In this document: positions 44,367-54,100 of the stretch, one piece after another | Numbering within the stretch: position 1 is the stretch's first letter | How the letters are laid out: every line of letters starts with the position of its first letter | Virus record (IMG/VR): IMGVR_UViG_3300009945_000011 | Location: 18,847 to 82,846 of that record | DNA: 64,000 nucleotides | From: a virus | Taxonomy: Duplodnaviria; Caudoviricetes | Reading direction: 5' to 3' (one strand) | Made by a program: the position numbers and the translations under genes | The notes under the pieces: generated by a model | Seen by the model: the letters and a program-made list of their open reading frames with translations, nothing else | Databases searched by the model: none | What the model was told of the DNA's origin: nothing

Positions 44367-44552
44367 ATGGCTGTCATTACTGTTCACCAGAGCACTCCTG
44401 GTGATGACTTTGAACTTCTCGTTGAGAAGTATAATAATCTTGTGACGAAGTTTAATCAGCTTCTTGCTAAGCTCGACGCCGATGCTGGTGTTGCTGATAC
44501 GAATTATGCGAGCACGCTTGGTGGACATGATACGATTCAACTGGGGTATTAG
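44367..44552 (+). CDS. Small head-associated protein
   Basis: KYNNLVTKFNQLLAKLD trimeric-coil-like stretch; GGAGGAG RBS. Confidence 0.6.
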   Translation: MAVITVHQSTPGDDFELLVEKYNNLVTKFNQLLAKLDADAGVADTNYASTLGGHDTIQLGY

Positions 44553-44555
44553 TCT

Positions 44556-44780
44556 ATGGTGTTGTTTGTGGCTCCAACTCGTGTTGATCCTGACACGGAA
44601 TGGGAGGAATACTTTTACCACACCTCGGTTCGCGTACGCGGCGGTTATGTCGAAACGGATGATCCGCTCGTAATCGAAGGGTTGCTATCCCGCTTCTACG
44701 ATATCGTGGATCAACCGAAAAAGACAAGGAAGCGGGAAGAGGGTGTGGCTGCTGGTGCTGGGGAGCCTGGTACGAAATAA
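44556..44780 (+). CDS. Small virion-module protein
   Basis: Position between capsid and adaptor. Confidence 0.55.
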   Translation: MVLFVAPTRVDPDTEWEEYFYHTSVRVRGGYVETDDPLVIEGLLSRFYDIVDQPKKTRKREEGVAAGAGEPGTK

Positions 44781-44788
44781 GGTGATAT

Positions 44789-45334
44789 ATGCCGTCGCCA
44801 ACACTCATTACTGAGCAAGAATTTCGTGCTTCTCGATATGGCCAGATTGCGGAACAGATCGAGGGACGGTTATCCGATATTATTGTTCAAGCAGAATCGC
44901 ATATTGAGAGCCTACTGAACCGCAAGATCGCTGAAAGTACGTATCAGGAAATCGTCCGTCCTAAGTCCGATGCTATCTTCTTGCGTAACTGGCCGATTAC
45001 TCAAATTACCAGTATCGAGAAACGAAAGAATTACCAGGATACCTGGACCACGGTTCCACTGAGTAATTTTGAGCTTGATTTTAACGGCAAGACTGGGGTT
45101 GTCTTGTGTCTATCCGATGATATTGCTGACTATGAGGTCAGAGTTACGTACAAGGCTGGGTATCAGACAATTCCAGGAGACATCAAGGCAGCGGTAATCC
45201 TGATGACTGCATATCTTGCATATCAGGACCTTGAGTTATACGGTGTTGGTGACGGCAAACCTCCTGGGATTATGTATTTCCAGAACAACATTGACCGTCT
45301 TATTAAACCATATAAGAGAGCGTTGATTCTCTGA
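44789..45334 (+). CDS. Head-tail adaptor (gp6-like)
   Basis: AESHIESLLNRKI, YKAGYQTIPGDIKAAV, LIKPYK. Confidence 0.8.
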   Translation: MPSPTLITEQEFRASRYGQIAEQIEGRLSDIIVQAESHIESLLNRKIAESTYQEIVRPKSDAIFLRNWPITQITSIEKRKNYQDTWTTVPLSNFELDFNGKTGVVLCLSDDIADYEVRVTYKAGYQTIPGDIKAAVILMTAYLAYQDLELYGVGDGKPPGIMYFQNNIDRLIKPYKRALIL

Positions 45335-45846
45335 TGATTGACGTCGGCGTATCGAAGACCTCGCTGAAACAACTCGATGAAATGAAACGTGTTCTCTATA
45401 AAGTGGAGAACACGTTACTAACCCAGCGTGATAAGCCTCACGAGCGGATCAAGAACAAGCAAGCTGAGCGGTGGACAGAGAATTTTCGTAAAGAAGGCGC
45501 GATATATGGTCAATGGGCGGCTCTTTCTCCATATACGATCAGCCAGCGGGTTGGATTGGGATATCCTCCTGGTCCGATCCTTTTTCGAAGCGGCTTGATT
45601 TTCACGAGCTTTGCCAGGCAGAACAAGGCAGGAAGGGTCTCGCCGTTTGGGATTATCTGGCAATTTGAGAACGAGCCCCCAGCCTATCCAGCTTTCCATC
45701 ATCGAGGAGGGTATATCCGCAGCAAGAGCGGCCACGTCTCCATTGTTCCCCCGCGCATTCTCTGGGAAACTGATGAGCAAGATGCAAAGAACGCCCATGA
45801 CATCATGGAAAAATGGGTTGATAGCATCATTAATAGATACTTCTAA
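45334..45846 (+). CDS. Virion morphogenesis / neck protein (Mu gpG-like)
   Basis: WAALSPYTI, ILFRSG, YPAFHH.GG, VPPRIL. Confidence 0.72.
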   Translation: MIDVGVSKTSLKQLDEMKRVLYKVENTLLTQRDKPHERIKNKQAERWTENFRKEGAIYGQWAALSPYTISQRVGLGYPPGPILFRSGLIFTSFARQNKAGRVSPFGIIWQFENEPPAYPAFHHRGGYIRSKSGHVSIVPPRILWETDEQDAKNAHDIMEKWVDSIINRYF

Positions 45847-45855
45847 GAGAGATTT

Positions 45856-46338
45856 ATGGATAACTTTGAGAATATCATTGATTACCTAGCTCAGCTTCTT
45901 GGGAAACAGTTCTCCGCCGACGTGTCAACGATTTATTTTGGAGACGTTGGCATCTACCCGCCGAGAGCATTCCAAGATGCTCTTGGCAAACCGACGAAAG
46001 CGGTAATTGCTCTTGTTCCCCGCTATGATCGCTTTGATGAGGCGAATGGACGAACGATGGCAGGCGAGTTCCGTAGGCTCGGCCTGCATGTGCTTGTGCT
46101 TGTTAACATGACTCCCTACTTTGAGGCCATGCCTCAGGAAGCGTTTGGTGAACGCATTCTTGTTAGGCTTGTAGCTCGCGTGCGTCAATTCCTTTCTCTT
46201 GATGAGCATGTAACACTTGGAGGACGAGTTCTTTCGAGTTCCGTCGGTGACGTGAACTGGAACTGGATTATGCGCGATGCTGATTTTCTTCGCGCTGCGG
46301 CTATTGATTATGAAGTCGTTGTTTTTGCGCAAAGATAA
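45856..46338 (+). CDS. Tail terminator-like protein
   Basis: Synteny; TLGGRV motif. Confidence 0.6.
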   Translation: MDNFENIIDYLAQLLGKQFSADVSTIYFGDVGIYPPRAFQDALGKPTKAVIALVPRYDRFDEANGRTMAGEFRRLGLHVLVLVNMTPYFEAMPQEAFGERILVRLVARVRQFLSLDEHVTLGGRVLSSSVGDVNWNWIMRDADFLRAAAIDYEVVVFAQR

Positions 46339-46365
46339 GTAATGAATGACTAAAGGAGATGGCAT

Positions 46366-47367
46366 ATGCCACAAGCATCCAAGGGTTACTTCGCGATTTC
46401 GCGGGAAACAACTCCTGGAGTTGCGATTGCGACACCAACGAAGTTTTATCCCGTGGAAGAGGTTGAATTTGACCCAAACTATGAGTTTATCGAGTGGCGT
46501 GAGATTCGTGGCTCCCGCACTGCTTATCAGACGTTGCATGGTGTGACGCGGCCATCGGCTACGCTTCGCGGTCCTGTGTATCCTGCTGGTGCCATGGGGT
46601 CGTTCCTGGTTGGCCTTTTCGGCGCGTATAGCTCGGCGCTTGAGGGCGGTTCGACGATTGCGTACAAGCATACCTTCTCGGATGCTCCGTCGGTGCCAAC
46701 GTATACGCTTGAGCGGTCTGATGCCCGCAGCGGTGAGGGCGGTATTCTGTGTGAGCGCTTGGCTGGGTGCAAAGTCGAATCGATCGAGCTTGAGGCGGCC
46801 GTCAACGAAAAAGTCAACATGACGGTTACGTTCCAGTCCATGAAGAAACCTGTCACAGTCACGCCAGTTGCTGCTGGTTCGATCACGTACCCAAACATGA
46901 CGCCGCTCTACTTCAAAGGCGCGACTATCGAGATTGATGATACGGTGTCGAACCTGTTCAAGAATATTCGCCTCAATATTCGCCAGGTTCTTGACCGCCA
47001 AGAAACGTTGAATGGCTCTGATGAGGCATACAAAATCTTTGAGGGCGGCATTGAGTGTACCGTAAGCGGCTCAGCGGTTTTCGAAGACCTGACTCTTTAT
47101 AACAAATTTATTAGCCGCACGCCATTCAAGATGGAATTGTTCCTGCAATCTGATACAGTAGCCGACGCTGCTCCGAATCCTGACGTTTACTATTCGTTGA
47201 AGTTTACGTGGGATATTGTCAAGCTTTCGCGTCACTCAACGCCGTTCCGTGCTGGCGAAGTGATTAACGTGGACTTTGAGGCTAGGGTTGACTTCAACGA
47301 GAGCACCAACCGCGCTGTCCTCGTTGAAATAGTGAATCTTGATAACGCAACTGCTTATAACTCGTAA
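46366..47367 (+). CDS. Major tail tube protein
   Basis: ETTPG.A, YKHTF, SYT/LER, GCKVES, two-repeat tube architecture. Confidence 0.82.
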   Translation: MPQASKGYFAISRETTPGVAIATPTKFYPVEEVEFDPNYEFIEWREIRGSRTAYQTLHGVTRPSATLRGPVYPAGAMGSFLVGLFGAYSSALEGGSTIAYKHTFSDAPSVPTYTLERSDARSGEGGILCERLAGCKVESIELEAAVNEKVNMTVTFQSMKKPVTVTPVAAGSITYPNMTPLYFKGATIEIDDTVSNLFKNIRLNIRQVLDRQETLNGSDEAYKIFEGGIECTVSGSAVFEDLTLYNKFISRTPFKMELFLQSDTVADAAPNPDVYYSLKFTWDIVKLSRHSTPFRAGEVINVDFEARVDFNESTNRAVLVEIVNLDNATAYNS

Positions 47368-47405
47368 TCGTTGGTGCCGCGCTGGTCACGCGGCGTATTG
47401 GTGAG

Positions 47406-47777
47406 GTGGTTAGTATGGGATTTTTCCGACGCGCACGTATTCATGAAACGATCCGTTTTGAGACGCCAGGCGGTGAGGATTACGTTGAACTTCGTGCTGA
47501 GCTAAGCAAAGGAGAAATCAATCGTCTGTTTGCTGCTGCTCCACGGAATCAGGATGACATGGACGCCGCGATTTCTTTCGCGGAGCGTTTTGCTGAACTC
47601 GCTGTTGTTGCTTGGTCCATGACCGATGAGAACGGGAATACGGTGCCTTTCTCTCTGGGGGAATACCACAAGCTCGCCCCAGAGCCAGCCCAGTGGCTTG
47701 ATAAGATTCTCGTCGAGCACTTGCAGCGGATTGTTGGTAAGGAGGTCGAAGAACTGGAGGGAAAGCCTTCGACCTAG
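47406..47777 (+). CDS. Tail assembly chaperone (G)
   Basis: Between tube and tape measure; ends in GGGAAAG slippery site. Confidence 0.82.
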   Translation: MVSMGFFRRARIHETIRFETPGGEDYVELRAELSKGEINRLFAAAPRNQDDMDAAISFAERFAELAVVAWSMTDENGNTVPFSLGEYHKLAPEPAQWLDKILVEHLQRIVGKEVEELEGKPST

Positions 47778-48064
47778 CCCGCAACACTGTTCTTGGTTTT
47801 GACCAGGAGCGCACGAGAAACGAACATCCGTGGCTCGCCCAGCTTTATGACACGTATTGTCTTTGCCGCCTGCTGTCCTTTGTTGTTTTTCGGAGACCAG
47901 AATCAGATGGAAGAGAGACCATCGTGGCTGTCCCATGGACAGTCGGTCTCGGGCAGTTGCCGCTTGAAGGCGGGATTGATGACCAGTCGTATATTGAGAT
48001 GCGCATGTTCCGCGCCTTCCTTGAGGGCGAACGCTATGGTCAATTGTGGTTAATTAGGAAGTAG
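47406..48064 (+). CDS. Tail assembly chaperone GT via -1 frameshift at 47759-47765
   Basis: -1 frame open to TAG 48062-48064, encodes LPLEGGIDDQSYIEMRMF. Confidence 0.8.
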
Positions 48065-48103
48065 AGGCGGGTAAGGACACATCCTTCCCGCCTCTTTTTT
48101 TTT
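48063..48103 (+). terminator. Intrinsic terminator before tape measure gene
   Basis: AGAGGCGGG/CCCGCCTCT with inner AAGGA/TCCTT, followed by a T run. Confidence 0.8.
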
Positions 48104-48122
48104 ATTTACGAAGGGTTGCGTT

Positions 48123-51100
48123 ATGCCACAGCCGATTCGCATTGAAATAACGAGTGATGCGAAAACCCAAGGGTTCGATGAAGCGATACAGCGCATTGAA
48201 CAACTGAAGCGTGCCCTTCATGGGATTACTGTGCCCAAGGAGCTTCGCGACCTTGCTGCGGCAATTCGGGCCATCAATAACGCTGGAAAGGGAACTCAAT
48301 CCAGGGCAACACAAGCTATGGCTGAGGAAGCCGAGAAGGCGGCACGCTCGCTGGGAACCGTTGCCGTGGCTATGCAGCGAGCCAAGCGTGCTGGGACCGA
48401 TATGGTCTCAGCCATGATGAACACGCGGATCCAGATGCGGCAACTGGACCAAACCCAAAAACAACTAAAGGAATCGGCACGATACCTGGAAGGAGCACAG
48501 GATCGACTTATTGCTATTCAAAAGCGTGGAGCCGCTTCTGTACGAGAGCTTGTTGAAGCGCAGCATCAACTGTTCCGTGCTCAGCAGAACAACGAGAAAG
48601 CCTCTCGCAACCTTCAGGCACTTGACCAGCAGATTCAACGGTCGCTCGATCGCCGAAAGCGGGCTGCTGAGGAGCTTAAGCGCCTTGAGGAGGAGATTGC
48701 GACACGAGAGCAAGGCGGCGAAAAGGTTCCCTCGCAACTGCGCGGGACAGCGAGCCTCCTGCGGAGCCAGATTGAGGAATTTGACCGCACTGTTGCCCCG
48801 CAGATAAGTGAATTACAGAAAACCATTGCTCGTATGCGGATGACTTCTGGCGGCTTGCGCGGGAGAATTGCTCAAATCAATTTTTACAAGACGGGTGTTC
48901 AAGAGTATCTCGCTGATCTTCGACGGCAGGAGACAGAACAGCGCCGCGTTCAACGACAACTCGCGACTCTTGCTGCTCAAGAGGCGGCAATGCAGCGAAG
49001 AATCAATCGTCGCATTGCCCGCGAGTTTGAACAGCAGCAACGTGAGGCAGCACGCGCCGCACAGCAGGCGCAGAAAGTAGCACTAAAATCTGTTCAACAA
49101 CAGGCTGAACAGCTTATTGGTGTCGTTAACCGCCTTCGTCATGCGTTTGATTCGCTTTTCTCAACAATTAATCGCCTGGCTGCTGTCCTCCGAAATACGC
49201 TTTCAAGCGCGCTGCGTTCAGCATCAACGATGATCGGGAACCTCACGCACAGCGCGGCATCCCGTTTTGCTTCCATGCGGCATGCGCTTGATAGCACAGG
49301 GCGCTCAGCATTGATCTTTGGCCGTAACGTTAGCCAGGGAATGAATCAAGCACGGACGGCTTTAGAGAGAACCGCCGCAGGCTGGTCTCTTATTCTTGGC
49401 GGTCAAATGATTGGCCGCACTGGTCGTAGTCTCCTCTCTGGTGTTGGTATCGATCTTGGCCAGTACATGGAATATGAGCGCGTTGCTACTCGCGCTGCTA
49501 TTTCTGGTTCAGCCGACCTTGATCTTATTAATACGCTTGTTTTTGGATTACAACGCGGCCAGCTTTTTGGAACAGATATTACCGCGTTTGGTCGTAAGAC
49601 TGGTCCCATTAAGCAATTCAGTGCTCAAGAGATTGCCCAGGGCGCCTACTATCTCGTCTCCGCGCTCGGCTTAAATCTTCAGGGACCCACGCCAGCCGCA
49701 ACGGCTGAGAACCTGCTGGCTGCGGCCAACATGCTCATGCCGATGTTGCAGGTTGCGGCATTCACCTTGACATCACCAGAGACGATGATCAAGGGCGCTC
49801 TCAACATCGGGATGGAATTTGGTTATGACCCGCGCCAGATCGCGCAATCTCAACTCTTTGGCAAGATTGCTGCTGCCGTTGGCTACCTTGCCAATATCAG
49901 CACGATGGAAGTGCCTGATATTGTTGAATCCTTTAAATATATTGGCCCGATGTTCCACGGGTTGCAGGGAGGTGCCCCTGGTGCAGGTCTTGCCGACGCC
50001 ATGGCCGCGATCTTCTTCGCCTCTGAGGTCGGCCTGCGGGGCGGTAACGTTGGGCGTGGACTGGCTCAATTCGCGGCCACGATGCGAGACCCATCTGGTC
50101 CCGCGCTTGAAGCATTCTCCAAGGCGTTTGGACAAGAAGCGTCTCCTGATGCGTGGAAGCAGTTTTGGTTCGATGCGAGAGGCAACCTCAAGGGCGGTTT
50201 CTATGGGTTTATTTCGACGTTGCTCGCCGCTGGTGACCGCTCTGCTGTTGACACGCTAATTACAGAAATTTTTACCCAGAATGCGTCTCGCGCCTTGATC
50301 GGTATTACCTCTGGTCTTGGTGGAGAGAAAGAATATCTGGAGTTCTTGAAGGAACTAACGAGTGGTAACTATACCAAGGCCATTGAGCTTTGGGAGAGAG
50401 CAAACAGGCAAACGAGTAATACGGTCTTTGCATCGTGGCAAAATCTCAAGAATGCCTGGTTTGAACTTTCTAATTCCATTATTACGTCTATTCGAGGACC
50501 ACTCATTCGGGCATTTGATGGGTTTGCCAAGGCTATTCGCTCGATATCAGATATCCTTAAAACGAACCCAGTGATTACACGATTTATTACGGATATCGTA
50601 TTCCTTGTTGGGGTTCTTCTCACTGCTATCGGCGCTCTGTTAACGTTTGCTGGTACAGTGTTGATTATCCAGCGGGCTATTCTTCTGGCTCACGGCTCGC
50701 TACAAATCTTTTCGAGTATTCTTCTTGCTTTGCCACATATTCTTGGCGCCGCGCTACCAGTGTTACTAGCGCTTGGATCAGCGGCTGTTCTTCTGTACAC
50801 CGCGTGGCACGAAAATTTCCTTGGTATTCGCGATACCGTTAACGTCTTTGTTTCTGACTTTGATAATGCGCTTACCACGAAGATACTTCCTGTTATAGCA
50901 CAGGTTATCACTCACGTTAAGAGATTTGGAACTGCCTTTGCTGAGTTTATCCGCGGTATTCTCCTTGGGATAGGACCGACTAATAACCTTGGCGCCGCGC
51001 TCATTCAGGTCTTTGGTCTTGAACTTGGTGGCCGTCTCTATGCGAGGCTCTTGCAAGCGCAAAGAGCCTTGTACACACTGCGGCAATCAGCGCTGGATTT

Positions 51101-54100
51101 CTTCCGCTCTTTGCGCTCTGGTATCCCCGCTGTTGGCAATATTACATCCGTCATCCAAGAGTTCATTACGCAGGTTGTTCTTGGTTTCTCGAACTTGTCT
51201 TCGGTTCCGTATATTGGCAGAGGGCTTACGAAACTCGCCGATGCTATTCGGCAGGCCCTAACGGTTGTTATTAATACCCTTTTTGTCTCTTTCAAGAGTA
51301 TCCCGTTTGATACGATCTTTGCCAATCTTGACCGCGCCTTCTCCAGCAGGTCTCTTGAAAACTTCGTCCGCCTTTTTGAGTCGTTTGCTTCAGGAGCGGT
51401 TTATGGATTTGTGACGGCGGTTCGTGGTGCGGGAGAAGCGATCGCTTTCCTCACGCGGGCTATTGCCGATACAGCACAAGGATTTGGCCGATGGCGTGTT
51501 CAACTTCTTGGAATTACTGTTACGCTCAACAATGTTGCGCAGCTTATTGGTGTGGCATTTGGTGCGCTTCTCGCAACAAGACTTCTGATGTCACTGAGGA
51601 TCATGCAATCACTGACGATTGCTGGCCTCAAGCTTTCCCTGATTATTGCCCAGGTTGGTGTTACTGTTGCTGGTGCGGCTGCCCAATTTGTTCTCTTTGC
51701 TGCAAGAATCGCAGTTGTGACAGCGACCTTGCTTGCGCAGGCAGCAGCCTTTGCGGCTGGTGTTGCTTCCCGTCTTGCGTTTTTTGCCGCAGAGCAACTT
51801 ATTCAATTTGCCGCGCAAACAACTACTGCATCGCTAATGGCGCAGTCTGCGGCGCACGGTGCTGCAACCGCAGCCACGGTTGCCCAAACTGCCGCCACTG
51901 CTGGTCTTGCTGCAACACTGAGTAGCCTGGCCCTTTCGCTTGCGAGCGTTCTCGTACCACTTCTGGCTATCCCGCTGGCAATTGGAGCATTCGTTGCCCT
52001 TGGTCTCGTAGCCGTGGGTATGACAAAGGGCTGGTCCGCTGCCCTTGAAGGGCTCATTGCGTTCTTGCAAGGGCTGTGGGATGTCTTGTCTGTTGTCTTG
52101 CAAGCAGTTACCGTTGTTGTCTCTGGATTCCTGTCGTTTATTTCAGTCATTGCTTCTGCTCTCGGGGTAACCAATGAATTCTACTTGCTCGGTGTAGCGC
52201 TTGGATTAGCACTCACCGCGCTTGGTCTTGTGATTACGGGTGTGCTGGTCGCAGCGTTTGCTGCTCTTACGGCTTCTATTCTTTCAGCGGTTGCTGCTTT
52301 CGTGGCCATGAACCTTCCTACCATTGCCCTTGTCGGAGCGATCCTAGCCATTGGGCAGGCGATCGCTATGCTCCTCGGCTTCGACAACGTCTTTGAGATG
52401 CTGGCATCTGGCTTCAAATACGTTGCTGACGCTGCTGTCTGGGCTGCTAATAAGATTGAGGCCGCGGTTCGTGTTATTAAAAACGCATTATCAACGTCGC
52501 AAAAAGAAGCGCTTGAGTTTCGCATCATGTCGCTTCGTGAAAGTAGGGACCGAATGGTCCAAGAACCGCCGTCTGAGTTGAACGAGAACTGGCGCCGTGA
52601 AGCAGAGATGAAGTATCCAGGCTCGGCGCAACAAAGACGTGCGTACATTGAGCAGGAGCGCAACAAGTACATGCGGCAGCAGTACGAAACCTGGGTCGCA
52701 AGCCAGGGAGGATACCAGCGCGTTCTTGTTTCTGGTCCAGAAGGTCCACGATATGTTCTTATGGACCCGCTGGAAAAGGCAGAATATGACCTAAAGCAAT
52801 ATGAATTGAGGCAGCAAGAGGCTAGCAAAGCGCAAAAAAGCACGTCGCTAGCAACTTCCGATCAAGGCTTCCCGAAACGGCAGTCTGCCATTCAAATGGT
52901 CGAGGACTTGCTACGTAAATGGGGAATCGACATTAGCCTGTATAAGGCTATACTTTCTGGAAAGCGGCCAGATCAGTTGCTTGGTCTTGATCAAGTAAAG
53001 GCAATTTCCTCAGCCTATTCTGTTGATCAGTTCGCTTTCCTGCCGCCAGAAATGCAGGACTTTATTACGAAGGCGCAGAAATACAACGAGTGGAAAAAGT
53101 TTGTTGATAGGGTTGGTATCAGGCAGGCTACTCTCTTCTATGAGGCCAACGATATTCCGATCCCGCAACCACCATCCTATGAAGACCTCATGGGCGCCGT
53201 TGATGCCTACGGCGAGATGGCAAATGAGATCGACCGTGCCGCACAAGAGCTTGCCGAGTTCAACCAGCAGGCAGACGAAGCACTGAGCAAGGCCCCTGAT
53301 ATCGTTAAGGCATTCTCAACTGCGTTCGATCAAGGGAAGCCTGGATTCTACTCAGACATTGCTGGGCAATATCTTCCAGGCTTTATGAGCATCCCTACGG
53401 CTCTGGCCAAGTACGGGGATACCATCATCAAGAATGCCGAGAATCGCTACCAAGAGTTGTATGGCAGTACCGAGCTTCCCCGCTGGTTTAACCTGTACGA
53501 GGGGATCATGGATACTGTCGGCTATCGCATGATGGCCAAAGATAACACCGTTGTACCCACAGATTATTATAATGTCTACGGTAAAAATCTTCACAGGCTT
53601 CTGGCAAATAGCCCAGGGTTCCAGAATTGGGCACAAGAGATTGGATTAAGCGTTGATGATCTTCTCAAGGACGTGCCCAAGTTCGTCCATGCAGAAGAAC
53701 TCGTACCACTCGCATCGTCAGAGATTGCCAAGACCATTTCTCTCATTCCTGTTGAGATGTACCAGAAACTTGACCACCTTGGCGTGGCTGAGGGCTGGAG
53801 TGAGTTTGGCATTGAGTGGCTTGATCTTGCGCAGTACGCGATCTCACAAGCATCTGCTGGACATGATTGGAACCTCGCTAATTACATTGCTGAGTCCTGG
53901 GGGGTTTCGGTCCAGGAAGCTGAGCAATTCCTCTTGCAGCACGGCATTAACCCGAACATCATCACTCAAGCGCTCTTCCCCAACCTTGATCTTGCGATTG
54001 CCTCACAAGGCGGAAAAGTCAACGTCTTTGATGAAGCCTGGTACGAGTGGTTCAAGGCAAAAACCAAAGATGGCGTTAATCATATCATCGAGGTGTCGCA

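Noticed and set aside
45925-47001. 358-aa antisense ORF and other long antisense ORFs (e.g. 31671-32231, 32361-32996, 52181-52843, 55371-56135)
   Set aside because: Shadows of well-supported genes on the opposite strand, or low-complexity sequence, with no motifs or RBS
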